Below, piece by piece: positions 8,629 through 18,161 of a DNA stretch of 57,730 nucleotides (positions are counted from its first letter, which is position 1; each line of letters starts with the position of its first letter). The DNA is from a virus (Duplodnaviria; Caudoviricetes). Where the stretch lies: IMG/VR virus record IMGVR_UViG_3300047457_000359, positions 1-57,730 of that record; one strand, given 5' to 3'. The position numbers and the translations under genes are program-made. The notes beneath the pieces are model-generated. The model saw only the letters and a program-made list of their open reading frames with translations, did no database searches and was not told the origin of the DNA.

Positions 8629-9906
8629 ATGCGCAATGAACCAGAAGCCGCAGTCAAGTCCCTGTCGGACGAACAACTGAAGAAAGCCCACGACGGGCTT
8701 CACGAAACGCTTGATGCCCAGGGGATCACGAAGAGCGACCAGATTGCTGCTCACCATTATCTGGCGCAGGAACTGCGTGAGCGTGGTTTAGTCCACCCTG
8801 ATTCGGACTCCGAAGTCCACAAGGCTGTTGTTGAAATGAGCGTTGTCAAGGTTCCCGTTGGGAGTCTCGCCAAGCGACTGTCAGCCAAGGAAGTTGAAGC
8901 CGTTGTGGAGATGGCTGTCAAGAACGGCACCCCGTATGCCAATGTCCACGAAATGTTGACTGCAAACGGTTGGGTGTTGTCTGCTTCCCCAGGTGAAAGC
9001 GAAGAAGGGGAAGAAGACGAGGCGGAGGAATACGGATGGGATCTCACCGAACGCCAGAAAGCCCTGATGGAAGCAACCGACAAAGTCGTAGAAGAGCACG
9101 GCAAGTACGGCCAGTCGGGGAACGCAGACGATGCCCACTACATGGGCGCATCGGAGAATCCGTTTCGCAGCAAAGGTTTGAAGTGTGTGAACTGTGTCGC
9201 CTTTCACGGCGGCAGGGCTTGTGAGTGGGTTGAAGGCGACATTGACCCAGAAGCGTTGTGCAAGTTGTGGATCATTCCGCAGTCGGTGCTTGGAACCTCT
9301 GTATCCACAAAGTCGGTGTCCTTGTCTCTAAGAAGCAACCAGCAGACGGTTATGGCGACCGTGAAGAACGATCCGACCTCCAACGATGTGCATGTTGATG
9401 GAGTGAACTGGAAGACGCCAAAGAAAAAGAAGAAGAACGAGGGGATCCTGGAAGACGAAGAAGACGACAAGGTTGGCAAGTCCCTGGTCGTCAAGTCGGT
9501 GGATGAAATGATGTTCACCCTCGGCCCGTGGTATGTCCCGAACAAGGCAGATGCTCACAACGAATGGACAGACCAGTTGGAACTGCAGAAGTCGCTGTGG
9601 GAGTATGTCAGAAAGGGTGATCGGACGATCCGCTTGCAGCACACGCCAGACACAAAGGCTGGCGAATGGGTTGAAGCGATGACGATGCCGTTTGACATTG
9701 AAGTTCCCATGTTGGAGCCTGACACCAAGTTGGTGTCCAAGAAGGTGTTCCCTGAAGGGACTGTGTTCCTGGGCGTAGTCTGGGAACCGTGGGCTTGGGA
9801 GATGGTCAAGAAGGGCGAGATCAGGGGCTACTCCATTGGGGGATCCGCAGAACGCCACGAGTTGGAGATCCCTGCGATCATGGTTGACCTGGAGGAAGGC
9901 GAATGA
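8629..9906 (+). CDS. Prohead serine protease (XkdF-like) with internal HiPIP-like four-Cys domain
   Basis: C-terminal YVP...DAH, IRLQH, W.MVKKGEIRGYSIGG; middle CVNC-x7-C-x11-CKLW. TAAGAT -10 sits 6 nt before the ATG, suggesting a leaderless transcript. Confidence 0.8.
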   Translation: MRNEPEAAVKSLSDEQLKKAHDGLHETLDAQGITKSDQIAAHHYLAQELRERGLVHPDSDSEVHKAVVEMSVVKVPVGSLAKRLSAKEVEAVVEMAVKNGTPYANVHEMLTANGWVLSASPGESEEGEEDEAEEYGWDLTERQKALMEATDKVVEEHGKYGQSGNADDAHYMGASENPFRSKGLKCVNCVAFHGGRACEWVEGDIDPEALCKLWIIPQSVLGTSVSTKSVSLSLRSNQQTVMATVKNDPTSNDVHVDGVNWKTPKKKKKNEGILEDEEDDKVGKSLVVKSVDEMMFTLGPWYVPNKADAHNEWTDQLELQKSLWEYVRKGDRTIRLQHTPDTKAGEWVEAMTMPFDIEVPMLEPDTKLVSKKVFPEGTVFLGVVWEPWAWEMVKKGEIRGYSIGGSAERHELEIPAIMVDLEEGE

Positions 9907-10334
9907 GTCTTGCCGCTGAGTTGCAGTCGGTGTTATCAGATGTGGTAACGCTGTACTTCAAGGCGCAAGGGTGCCACTGGAATGTTGAAGGTCCAGACTT
10001 CTCGCAGTACCACGACTTGTTCGGAGAGATCTACGCAGATGTGTATGGCAGCATTGATCCGCTGGCAGAGAATGTGCGCAAACTCGGTGCATACTCGCCG
10101 TTTACGCTGGAGGCGTTCTTGCAGTTGCGGACGCTGACAGACAGCGAGATTGACACCACCCCAGTAAAGATGGCTGTGTCACTGTTGTCCGACAACGAGC
10201 ATGTGATCACAAGACTGAACTTGGCGTTCCAGGTTGCTTCCGATGAGAACCAGCAGGGAATCGCAGACTTCATCGCTGGGCGGATTGACATGCACCAGAA
10301 ATGGTCATGGCAACTGAGAGCAAGCACGAAGTAG
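9903..10334 (+). CDS. dps: Dps-family ferritin-like protein
   Basis: HWNVEGPDF...H.LF.E.Y......D.LAE..R.LG and H.K..WQL. Confidence 0.9.
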   Translation: MSLAAELQSVLSDVVTLYFKAQGCHWNVEGPDFSQYHDLFGEIYADVYGSIDPLAENVRKLGAYSPFTLEAFLQLRTLTDSEIDTTPVKMAVSLLSDNEHVITRLNLAFQVASDENQQGIADFIAGRIDMHQKWSWQLRASTK

Positions 10335-10338
10335 CGCA

Positions 10339-10545
10339 GTGGATCCGCACCAGATACAGCAACTCGTTGACGAGTATGTGAGCCACATCGCAGTTTATGA
10401 AGTAGCCGTTAGTAGAGCAAAGGTGACGAAGTCTGATAAGAAGCGTCTCCTTGCAATCACGGATGCCGAGATTGCTTTCAGGGCAGCCCAGGCTGTCAAG
10501 AAGCAACTGAAGGCCGCAGGGGTGGAAATAAAGCGGTCAGTCTAG
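10339..10545 (+). CDS. Small hypothetical protein
   Basis: 68-aa helical ORF in the head module. Confidence 0.5.
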   Translation: MDPHQIQQLVDEYVSHIAVYEVAVSRAKVTKSDKKRLLAITDAEIAFRAAQAVKKQLKAAGVEIKRSV

Positions 10546-10553
10546 GAGGCGTT

Positions 10554-10856
10554 GTGGTAGGTATCTCTGTCGTTTGGGGCAAGAGGATCGGAAACGCCAG
10601 GACTGTACGCAGGACCGACAGCGGTGTGGTGTACGAGTTTGAACACTACGACGACGCTGCTGTTGAGGAAATGGGAAGCCTGAGTGTTGATTGCCCAGAC
10701 TTTGCCGCTGCGATCAAAGAACTGAACGGGATCATTACCGCACGGTCCAGGAAAGCGTGTTTGGTGAAGTTCACCATCGTAGAACCAGGGCGGATTGTCA
10801 CATCTGATGGGTGGACGCACTCGGGTTCGGCTGCAGGTTGTTTGTCCCAACTGTAG
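10554..10856 (+). CDS. Hypothetical protein
   Basis: AGGAGG RBS, 100 aa. Confidence 0.5.
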   Translation: MVGISVVWGKRIGNARTVRRTDSGVVYEFEHYDDAAVEEMGSLSVDCPDFAAAIKELNGIITARSRKACLVKFTIVEPGRIVTSDGWTHSGSAAGCLSQL

Positions 10857-10929
10857 GTGGGTGTAGTTGCGGGGTTGATGATGCAGTGTTTAGATGATCC
10901 CACTTGATTGGAGTCAGGACAGGAACGGC

Positions 10930-11682
10930 ATGACGAAGCAGCGGAAGATGGTGAACCTCGCAGTTGATGAGACAAGCGGCGTTGATCACCCTGCCCACCT
11001 GCACGAAGGCTGGATTGTGTTCAAGAACGCTGACGGCGACGGTGTCGTTGATGCCATTGCCGATCAAGTGGAAGACCCGAACGAAGGAGAGGGAGAGTCC
11101 GTGGACGAACCGAAGGCCGAAATGATTGAGGCAGCAGAGTTTGAGAAGGCTCAGGCTCGCATCGCTGAACTGGAAGCAGCACTGGAGAAGGCAACCGCCC
11201 CCGCTGTTGAGGAGATTGACAGCGAGGAGGCTCTGATCAAGAGTGCCCCTGCCGCTGTTGTGGAGATGCTGGAGAAGGCTCGCAACGAAGCGAACGCAGT
11301 CCGTGAGGAACTCGCCAAGGAAAAGGCAGCCCAGCGTGACCGTGAGTTCATCGCAAAGGCAGCCGAGATGGAGTTCCTGGCTCTTGATCCGCAGGAGTTT
11401 GGTCCTGCGATCCGCAAGATGGCCGACGCCGATGCTGCCCTGGCAGACATGGTGATCAAGGCACTTGCTTCTGCGAACGCACAGGCTGAGTCGGCGGGGA
11501 TCTTTGCCGAACTCGGTCACAGCAAGGGAGCGACTGACAGTGACGCTTACGGCAAGGTTGAGTCGCTTGCCAAGGCCGCTGTCGCAAAGGGCGAGTACAA
11601 GACCGTGGAGCAGGCCGTTGTCGGTCTGATCTCGTCGGATCCCGCCCTGTACGAGCAGTACCGCAACGAGAAGAACGCCTAG
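10930..11682 (+). CDS. Capsid scaffolding protein
   Basis: Acidic, Ala-rich coiled coil directly upstream of the capsid genes; N-terminal NLAVDETSGVDHPAH. Confidence 0.75.
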   Translation: MTKQRKMVNLAVDETSGVDHPAHLHEGWIVFKNADGDGVVDAIADQVEDPNEGEGESVDEPKAEMIEAAEFEKAQARIAELEAALEKATAPAVEEIDSEEALIKSAPAAVVEMLEKARNEANAVREELAKEKAAQRDREFIAKAAEMEFLALDPQEFGPAIRKMADADAALADMVIKALASANAQAESAGIFAELGHSKGATDSDAYGKVESLAKAAVAKGEYKTVEQAVVGLISSDPALYEQYRNEKNA

Positions 11683-11697
11683 GCGAAGGAGAACCAG

Positions 11698-12090
11698 ATG
11701 GCATACCAGATCAGCAACTACTCCGTCAAGGTCAGCCTCGTTGCAGGCGCAGACCTCAGCGGATCTCAGTACAAGTTCGTGAAGTTGAACAGCAGCGGAC
11801 AGGTCGTCGCAGTGGCAGCCGCCACGGACCGTCCGATCGGCGTTCTGCAGAACGATCCCACTTCGGGCAAGATTGCCGAAGTCCTCATCGTGGGTGGCAC
11901 CAAGTTGGTGCTCGGCGGAACTGTCGCAGCAGCGGCGGTTGTCAGCCCGAACGCTTCGGGTGCAGGTGTTGCGATTGTCGCAGGCACCGACACCACCAAG
12001 TACGACTGTGGTTCTGCCCTTACGGGTGGTGCTTCAGGCGAGATCGTCACCGCAGTGATCAACTGCGCCAACCCAGGCCGTGCGGCCTGA
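11698..12090 (+). CDS. Capsid decoration/cement protein (DUF2190-like)
   Basis: AGADLS..QYKFVKL...IGVLQN.P pattern; lies between scaffold and capsid. Confidence 0.7.
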   Translation: MAYQISNYSVKVSLVAGADLSGSQYKFVKLNSSGQVVAVAAATDRPIGVLQNDPTSGKIAEVLIVGGTKLVLGGTVAAAAVVSPNASGAGVAIVAGTDTTKYDCGSALTGGASGEIVTAVINCANPGRAA

Positions 12091-12111
12091 TTCTGAAAGA
12101 GAGACAGAGAC

Positions 12112-13089
12112 ATGGCACAGCCCACCCAGTACGCAGTTCACATTGATGCGATCCTGACGAACATCAGCGTCGCCTACATTCAGCAGACGGAGAACTTCGT
12201 TGCGACGAAGGTGTTCCCGATCGTTCCTGTTGACAAGCAGTCCAACAAGTTCTTCAAGTACACGAAGAACGACTGGTTCCGTGACGAGGCGCAAGTTCGT
12301 GCCGACGCCACTGAGTCGGCTGGTGGCGGCTACAACCTGTCAACCGATACCTACTCCGCACAGGTGTGGGCGTTCCACAAGGACATCGGTGACCAGACCC
12401 GTGCCAACGCAGACACCCCGATCAACCTTGATCGTGAGGCGACTGAGTTCGTGACGATGCGGATCATGCTCCGTCAGGAACTGGATTGGCAGAGCAAGTT
12501 CTTCACCACCTCTGTCTGGGGCAAGGACTACACGGGCGTGGCGGGATCACCGTCCACCGACGAGTTCAAGCAGTGGAGCGACTTTGCCAACAGTGATCCG
12601 CTGGAGGACATTGAAGCCGCCAAGGAACTGATCCTGCAGACGACTGGCTTCATGCCGAACACGCTGGTGCTCGGCTACCAGGTCTTCCGCAAGTTGAAGA
12701 ACCACCCCGATCTCGTTGACCGCATCAAGTACACGACCAGCAATGTCATCACTGAAGACATGATGGCGAAGATGTTCGGTGTGGATCGGGTCATGGTGAC
12801 CAAGTCCGTCAAGGCAACGAACAAGGAAGGCGCAACTGGTGCCTACGACTTCGTTCACGGCAAGGCTGCCCTCTTGTGCTACTCGGCACCGTCCGCTGGC
12901 CTGCTCCAGCCCTCCGCTGGCTACACCTTCGCATGGACTGGTGTGTCCAACGGCCTGGGTCAGACCATCGGCACCAGCCGCTTCCGCATGGAGAGCCTGA
13001 AGTCCGACCGCATTGAGGCCGAAGCCGCTTGGGACAACAAGGTTGTCGCTAGCGATCTTGGTGCGTTCTTCACAGCCGCTGTCGCCTGA
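12112..13089 (+). CDS. Major capsid protein
   Basis: 325 aa; D.ILTNISVAY...F.A.KVFP.VPV.KQS; PNTLVLG..VF..LKNHP; highly biased codons. Confidence 0.9.
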   Translation: MAQPTQYAVHIDAILTNISVAYIQQTENFVATKVFPIVPVDKQSNKFFKYTKNDWFRDEAQVRADATESAGGGYNLSTDTYSAQVWAFHKDIGDQTRANADTPINLDREATEFVTMRIMLRQELDWQSKFFTTSVWGKDYTGVAGSPSTDEFKQWSDFANSDPLEDIEAAKELILQTTGFMPNTLVLGYQVFRKLKNHPDLVDRIKYTTSNVITEDMMAKMFGVDRVMVTKSVKATNKEGATGAYDFVHGKAALLCYSAPSAGLLQPSAGYTFAWTGVSNGLGQTIGTSRFRMESLKSDRIEAEAAWDNKVVASDLGAFFTAAVA

Positions 13090-13283
13090 TGACGGAGTTT
13101 CGCACAGTCCTGCGACCGATCCCTGTTTCCGACCGTGTGTTGGAGGCTGGTGAAGTCGTTGATGTGAGTGGTTGGAAGACCACGAAGCAACTGGTCCGCA
13201 TGGGACGACTGAGCGAAGAGATCACAAAGAAGCCCACAGTCAAGGTGAAGACCGAGACACGAGTGACGACCCCCGAGGAGTAA
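13089..13283 (+). CDS. Small virion-associated protein
   Basis: TGATG coupling to the capsid gene. Confidence 0.6.
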   Translation: MTEFRTVLRPIPVSDRVLEAGEVVDVSGWKTTKQLVRMGRLSEEITKKPTVKVKTETRVTTPEE

Positions 13284-13285
13284 AG

Positions 13286-13648
13286 ATGTCCATCAGTAAC
13301 TACGCAGAACTGAAGTTGCTTGACACGCTCGGCAACACATCGTTCGCCGTTGCGACCTGTTATGTCAAGTTGCACACTGGGGATCCTGGTGAGGACGGCA
13401 CGAACAACGCTGCCACCGAAGCCACCCGCAAGTTGGTTTCCTGGTCGTCGGCGTCGTCGGGATCCAAGGCGTCAAGTGCTGCACTGACCTGGACGAATGT
13501 GTCCACGACGGAGACATACACGCATTGGTCAATGTGGGATGCTTCCTCGTCTGGCAACTGCCTGTGGACGGGTGCTCTGTCGGCTTCTGCGGCTGTCACC
13601 GCTGGTGACACCTTTGAGATCACATCGCTGACGCTGTCGCTTGACTAA
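13286..13648 (+). CDS. Virion structural protein (fibre-associated)
   Basis: MSISNYAE.KLLD...Y.KLHTGDPGE.G pattern; start refined from RBS. Confidence 0.65.
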   Translation: MSISNYAELKLLDTLGNTSFAVATCYVKLHTGDPGEDGTNNAATEATRKLVSWSSASSGSKASSAALTWTNVSTTETYTHWSMWDASSSGNCLWTGALSASAAVTAGDTFEITSLTLSLD

Positions 13649-13662
13649 GTGAGGAGGTCGCT

Positions 13663-14157
13663 GTGGCGACGAACTTTCCAACCTCACTGGACAGTCTTTC
13701 CAACCCGATCTCGTCAGACACGCTGGCGAACCCTGATCACGCTGCTCAACACGCCAATGTCAATGATGCCGTAGAGGCGTTGCAGACAAAGGTGGGGATC
13801 ACCAACTCCGCAGATACCGCAAGCCTGGATTACAAGGTTGCGACGATGAAGTTGGTCGTCAAGAACGCTCAGACTGCTTCGTACACGGCTGTTCTTGCTG
13901 ATGCAGGCAAGATGATTGAAATGGGTGTCGGATCCGCAAACACGCTGACGATCCCCCCGAACTCGTCGGTTGCGTTCCCTGTTGGGACTGTCATAGATGT
14001 CCTGCAAACCAGTTCTGGTCAGGTGACGATCACGCCAGGGGCGGGAGTCACGATCAATGCTGCTATTGGGTTGAAGTTGAGGGCGCAGTGGTCCGCCGCT
14101 TCGGTCATCAAGCGTGACACGAATACCTGGGTGGCCGTTGGGGATCTGAGTTCGTAA
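13663..14157 (+). CDS. Fibre/appendage protein
   Basis: MATNFPTSLD...HA..H...NDAVEALQTKVG N-terminus and LTIPPNSSVAFPVGT C-terminal domain. Confidence 0.65.
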   Translation: MATNFPTSLDSLSNPISSDTLANPDHAAQHANVNDAVEALQTKVGITNSADTASLDYKVATMKLVVKNAQTASYTAVLADAGKMIEMGVGSANTLTIPPNSSVAFPVGTVIDVLQTSSGQVTITPGAGVTINAAIGLKLRAQWSAASVIKRDTNTWVAVGDLSS

Positions 14158-15326
14158 TGTTTGGCGCAGGTGTAACTGCCTCCGCCGTTCTGCCGTTGCC
14201 CATAGTGGCACTGAACAGCAGCACGAACTACAACCAGGAGTTGGCGACCCTGAACGCCACCGTTGACGGCCAGGGACTGTCCACCGCAGTAAGCGTGGAG
14301 TACAGCAGCAACGGAGGTTCGTCCTGGTCGGCGTCGCAGACAATGACGGGATCACCAGTCGTCGCAAGCACGAACTTGTACAAGAATGTGTCAGGTTTGT
14401 CGGTCGGGACGGCGTACATCGTGAGGGTGACAGCCACCAACGCCAAGGGGAGTAGTGTTGTCCAGAACGGCAACGGAAACTTTACGACTTGGTCGTTGCA
14501 GACCTATGTGAAGAGTTCGTCGGGATCCTTCTCTGTTTCCGTTCCGTCCGTGACCCCGACTGGTGGGTCTGCGATCGCTCCGAAGATCTACGAAATGTTG
14601 ATCTATGGCGGCGGTGGATCCGCTGCGTATGGAGGAGGCGGAGGGGGCGGCTACCGTTTGGCAAGCGTCGCTACTTCGTCTGTCGCTGGGACGCAGAATG
14701 TCACGGGATCCATTGGCGCAGGCGGGACGAACCCCAGTACGCAGACACCTGGTCCAGCGGGTGGAAGCAGCACGATTACCCTGGGCGGTACGACATGGAC
14801 CGCTGGCGGAGGTGCTGGTGGTGGTTGGTTGACCAACGCTGCTGGAAGTGTGGGATCAGGTGATAACCCTGGATACGGCGGCGGGTCGGGGTACTACGGG
14901 TACACCTACTTCACGGGTTCGTATGTTCAGGTGGTAGTTGGGTATGTGCAGTATTGCTGCCAGGGAACGGACAAGTTGGGCAACTGTTATGGTACATGCA
15001 ACGACACCAACCAACCGATCTATGGCAACGATTACAACCAGCCGATCTATGCTACCGATTACAACCGTTACGCAGGTGGAGGCGGCGGTGGTACTGATGG
15101 CGGCGGCGGCAATGCTTCGTATCCAGATGTTGGTGGCAACGGCGGTCCAGGTGGCGGTGCATACGGTTTGCGTGGTGGCAACGGCGGTCGTGGTGGTGGA
15201 ACTGCCGCACATGGCTCAGACGGAAGTTTGCCAGGCGGATCGGGTCCAACAGTAGGCAAGGGCGGTTCTGGATGGTGGGGATCTGGAACTGACGGCGGCG
15301 TGACCTTCAAGTACTATGGGCCGTAG
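14157..15326 (+). CDS. FN3-like + glycine-rich fibre/receptor-binding protein
   Basis: VSGLS.GT.Y.VRV.A.N (FN3) followed by a GGGGGG-rich domain. Confidence 0.7.
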   Translation: MFGAGVTASAVLPLPIVALNSSTNYNQELATLNATVDGQGLSTAVSVEYSSNGGSSWSASQTMTGSPVVASTNLYKNVSGLSVGTAYIVRVTATNAKGSSVVQNGNGNFTTWSLQTYVKSSSGSFSVSVPSVTPTGGSAIAPKIYEMLIYGGGGSAAYGGGGGGGYRLASVATSSVAGTQNVTGSIGAGGTNPSTQTPGPAGGSSTITLGGTTWTAGGGAGGGWLTNAAGSVGSGDNPGYGGGSGYYGYTYFTGSYVQVVVGYVQYCCQGTDKLGNCYGTCNDTNQPIYGNDYNQPIYATDYNRYAGGGGGGTDGGGGNASYPDVGGNGGPGGGAYGLRGGNGGRGGGTAAHGSDGSLPGGSGPTVGKGGSGWWGSGTDGGVTFKYYGP

Positions 15327-15328
15327 TT

Positions 15329-16420
15329 ATGTTTGAGCCGTTCAGCCCAGAAGTGATCACCACGCACCGCATGTTCTATTTGTTGCGTGACACGCCTGCC
15401 GATTGCACCCAGTTAGGGATCTACACGCAGACTCCGTCGGGATTGACCCCAGTTGACTTCGTTGATGTGTACGAGGTCGGCGGACGCCTCATGCTTGCGT
15501 GGAAAGAGCCGTTCAAGCACCAGGTGTTGCACAACTTGGTGGTGACCCATGCTGGCGGTCGTGAGATAGCCAACCTGATCCCTGTAGAACGCATGTGGGA
15601 GTTCTACGACAGGCCGCTTGACTCCGACTCGGGTGCGTTCTCGTTTGTCAGTTCACAACCTGGGGATCCAGGGATTGACGAGTGGAGGTGCGACCGTCAC
15701 GGGTACACGGGGCGTGTGTTTGGCTTTACCCAGCCTTTGTTCGCCAGGGCGGAAAGCATCCAGGCTGTTGAGTATGCGCTGTCTGTCAATGGTTTGGGTC
15801 ATGTGATGTATGTGCAAGCCGTGATGTCCAGCGAGTACGAAGATCAGGTCAATGCCGCCGAGGCACCGTTGTCGGCAAGAACATTCCAGGAAATGATGAA
15901 GTTGTTGGATGAATGGTCGCAAGCGACTGAACCGCCGTTTAGCAACCGCCAGGCGTGTGCTGTGGCTGCGTCCCAGTTTCTTGATGAAATGAACCTGACC
16001 AGCGAGGAACTGGCAGAAGTGCGCAGCCAGACTCCGATGCAGGTAGTTCAGTATCTGTCGGGATCCACAGACGCCAGGCGCAGGCCGACAAATGTCAAGC
16101 CGTTGAGTCAGACAATGAAGCGACTGTTGTTCAAGCGGATGGCTTCGTCTTCCGCCAGCGTGGTCTTGTCCCTCGGAGGGGATCATGTCCGTGACTTCCC
16201 TGGTTTGGTTGACATGGAGATGGCCGAACTAAATAACGGGATTAGTCGGTTCCGTCAGTATTACGGGATCCCCGAAAGCGTGGAACTGACGGACATTGAA
16301 CTACTCCTGGCTTCCGTAGCGGGTCACAGAGAGTCGCCTGGTTTGTTTGTTGCCAACCAGGCAAGACAGTTCTCCAACAAGTTGGGGATCTTGGAGGCGG
16401 TGAAGAATGGCGAGATTTAG
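15329..16420 (+). CDS. Hypothetical protein in the fibre block
   Basis: 363-aa ORF in operon context. Confidence 0.65.
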   Translation: MFEPFSPEVITTHRMFYLLRDTPADCTQLGIYTQTPSGLTPVDFVDVYEVGGRLMLAWKEPFKHQVLHNLVVTHAGGREIANLIPVERMWEFYDRPLDSDSGAFSFVSSQPGDPGIDEWRCDRHGYTGRVFGFTQPLFARAESIQAVEYALSVNGLGHVMYVQAVMSSEYEDQVNAAEAPLSARTFQEMMKLLDEWSQATEPPFSNRQACAVAASQFLDEMNLTSEELAEVRSQTPMQVVQYLSGSTDARRRPTNVKPLSQTMKRLLFKRMASSSASVVLSLGGDHVRDFPGLVDMEMAELNNGISRFRQYYGIPESVELTDIELLLASVAGHRESPGLFVANQARQFSNKLGILEAVKNGEI

Positions 16421-18152
16421 TGACTCGGCTGTTGTCTATTCGTCGTCAGATGTCATTTACAACGACATAACCACACGCTGTACGGCGTCTGGGTCGGGCG
16501 TTGGTTCCAGTTCCACGACCCAGTTGGTTGACAGAAAGCGATCCGCTACGGGCAGCGGCGTTGGCTCGGGGCAGGCTGTCAAACTTCACACAAACCTTCG
16601 TTCTGGATCTGGCAATGGTTTGGGTTCGGCGGCAACGGCGATTCGCCACCTGTTGTACAGGAATGCTCAGGGTTCGGGTCAGGCGGCAACCGAAGGGACT
16701 GCTGTTGGTGTCAGAACCTCCGTAAAGACGGCGAGCGGCAGTGGTTTGGGATCTCAAACCGTTGTTGGTGTTCCGAAAAGGTTGAGAAACGCTGACGGAA
16801 ACGGTGTTTCGGACTCGGTCGCCGTTCGGGTTGTCACTCGTGTCCGCAGTGGTACAAGCGTGGCAAGCGGCTCTGCGATTACGCAGTCAACACATGTCAA
16901 GGTAAGGCTTGCGACTGGCAGCGGATCCGCACCAGCGGAACCGTTGACGGAGTTCAGGATTGGTCCAGTTCGTTCGGCTGTCGGCAACGGCCTGGGATCA
17001 TCAGACAGTCAGGAACTGTTGACCAAGTATGCGACCGCTAGTGGATCCGCAGTTGGCTCGTCGTCAGTGGACGATCTTGGTGTGTTCTTTCGCCCAGCAA
17101 CTGGAAGCGGCACAAGCACAGAAAGCACGGCGATTGCCCACCTGGTGTACAGAAATGCCCAGGGCGCAGGGCAGGGATCAACTTCGGGCAGTGTGACTTT
17201 CCTGCACACCGTACCCCGCAGTGCGTCTAGCAGCGGGGTTGCATCAAGCAACGCACAAAGCGTGATCGTCCCGCATCGCACGGCGTCGGGTTCGGGATCA
17301 AGCATTGAAGCAAGCAGCCAGGTTCACTCCAACATCAGGTTGGCAGCCGCTGCGGGTTCATCGTCGGGTGTTGTTGTCGGTCTTCGCACTGCTGTATCGG
17401 TGGTGTATGGAGATGGAGTCGGATCAAGCCAGGCGGTCAAACTCCACACGAACCTTCGTGGTGCTAGCGGCAGCGGCACTGCGTCATCAAGCGTGGTCCA
17501 GGTTAGGACGGGGATCCGTACCGCAAGTGGTTCTGGTCAGGCGACCACGGAAGAAACCGCAGTTGGCTTGCACAAAGCCCCCCGAACGGCCAGCAGCAGC
17601 GGCACGGGATCATCAAGCGTGGTTTATGTCCATCGGGTGTACAAGGATGCGGTTGGGTCTGGGGTCGGTTCGTCGCAGAACTCGGTGTTCCACTTGTTGT
17701 ACAGGAACGCCCAAGGCGCAGGTTCGGCTGTTGGGACTGAAGAAGTTGTCCCCAGAACGACACACCTCAGAAGCGTGAACAATGGCGGTCAAGGATCTGC
17801 ATCCGCCCAGTGTGTGCGTAGTGTGTACAGGTCGTTTGCGGGAACTGGTGTTGGGGGATCCAGTAGTTCCAGGGTCATCAGCCGATACAGGGGTGGAGTT
17901 GGCGTTGGACAAGGTGCGTCGTTCTGTACCAAGAAACGCACTGTTCCGAAGGTTGGTGTAGGGGGTGGAACTGGTGTTGCCGTTGTGGTTGGTCTGCATG
18001 TTGCCCCCCGTTCGGCGGTTGGAAGCGGCACGGGATCACAAATGTCCGAAGGTTTCAAGCGTCTGCGGATCAGTACCCAGACTGGTCAGGTTGTAGCAAC
18101 TGGGGTAGGGGGAGAAGTAACCGTGGTTGGGTCTAGACTGGTTGTGAAGTAG
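16407..18152 (+). CDS. Ser/Gly-rich fibre protein made of about 26 tandem 20/22-aa repeats
   Basis: Repeat R-x-A-x-G-S-G-x-G-S-x9-10 counted in the translation. Confidence 0.75.
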   Translation: MARFSDSAVVYSSSDVIYNDITTRCTASGSGVGSSSTTQLVDRKRSATGSGVGSGQAVKLHTNLRSGSGNGLGSAATAIRHLLYRNAQGSGQAATEGTAVGVRTSVKTASGSGLGSQTVVGVPKRLRNADGNGVSDSVAVRVVTRVRSGTSVASGSAITQSTHVKVRLATGSGSAPAEPLTEFRIGPVRSAVGNGLGSSDSQELLTKYATASGSAVGSSSVDDLGVFFRPATGSGTSTESTAIAHLVYRNAQGAGQGSTSGSVTFLHTVPRSASSSGVASSNAQSVIVPHRTASGSGSSIEASSQVHSNIRLAAAAGSSSGVVVGLRTAVSVVYGDGVGSSQAVKLHTNLRGASGSGTASSSVVQVRTGIRTASGSGQATTEETAVGLHKAPRTASSSGTGSSSVVYVHRVYKDAVGSGVGSSQNSVFHLLYRNAQGAGSAVGTEEVVPRTTHLRSVNNGGQGSASAQCVRSVYRSFAGTGVGGSSSSRVISRYRGGVGVGQGASFCTKKRTVPKVGVGGGTGVAVVVGLHVAPRSAVGSGTGSQMSEGFKRLRISTQTGQVVATGVGGEVTVVGSRLVVK

Positions 18153-18161
18153 GAGAGTCGC

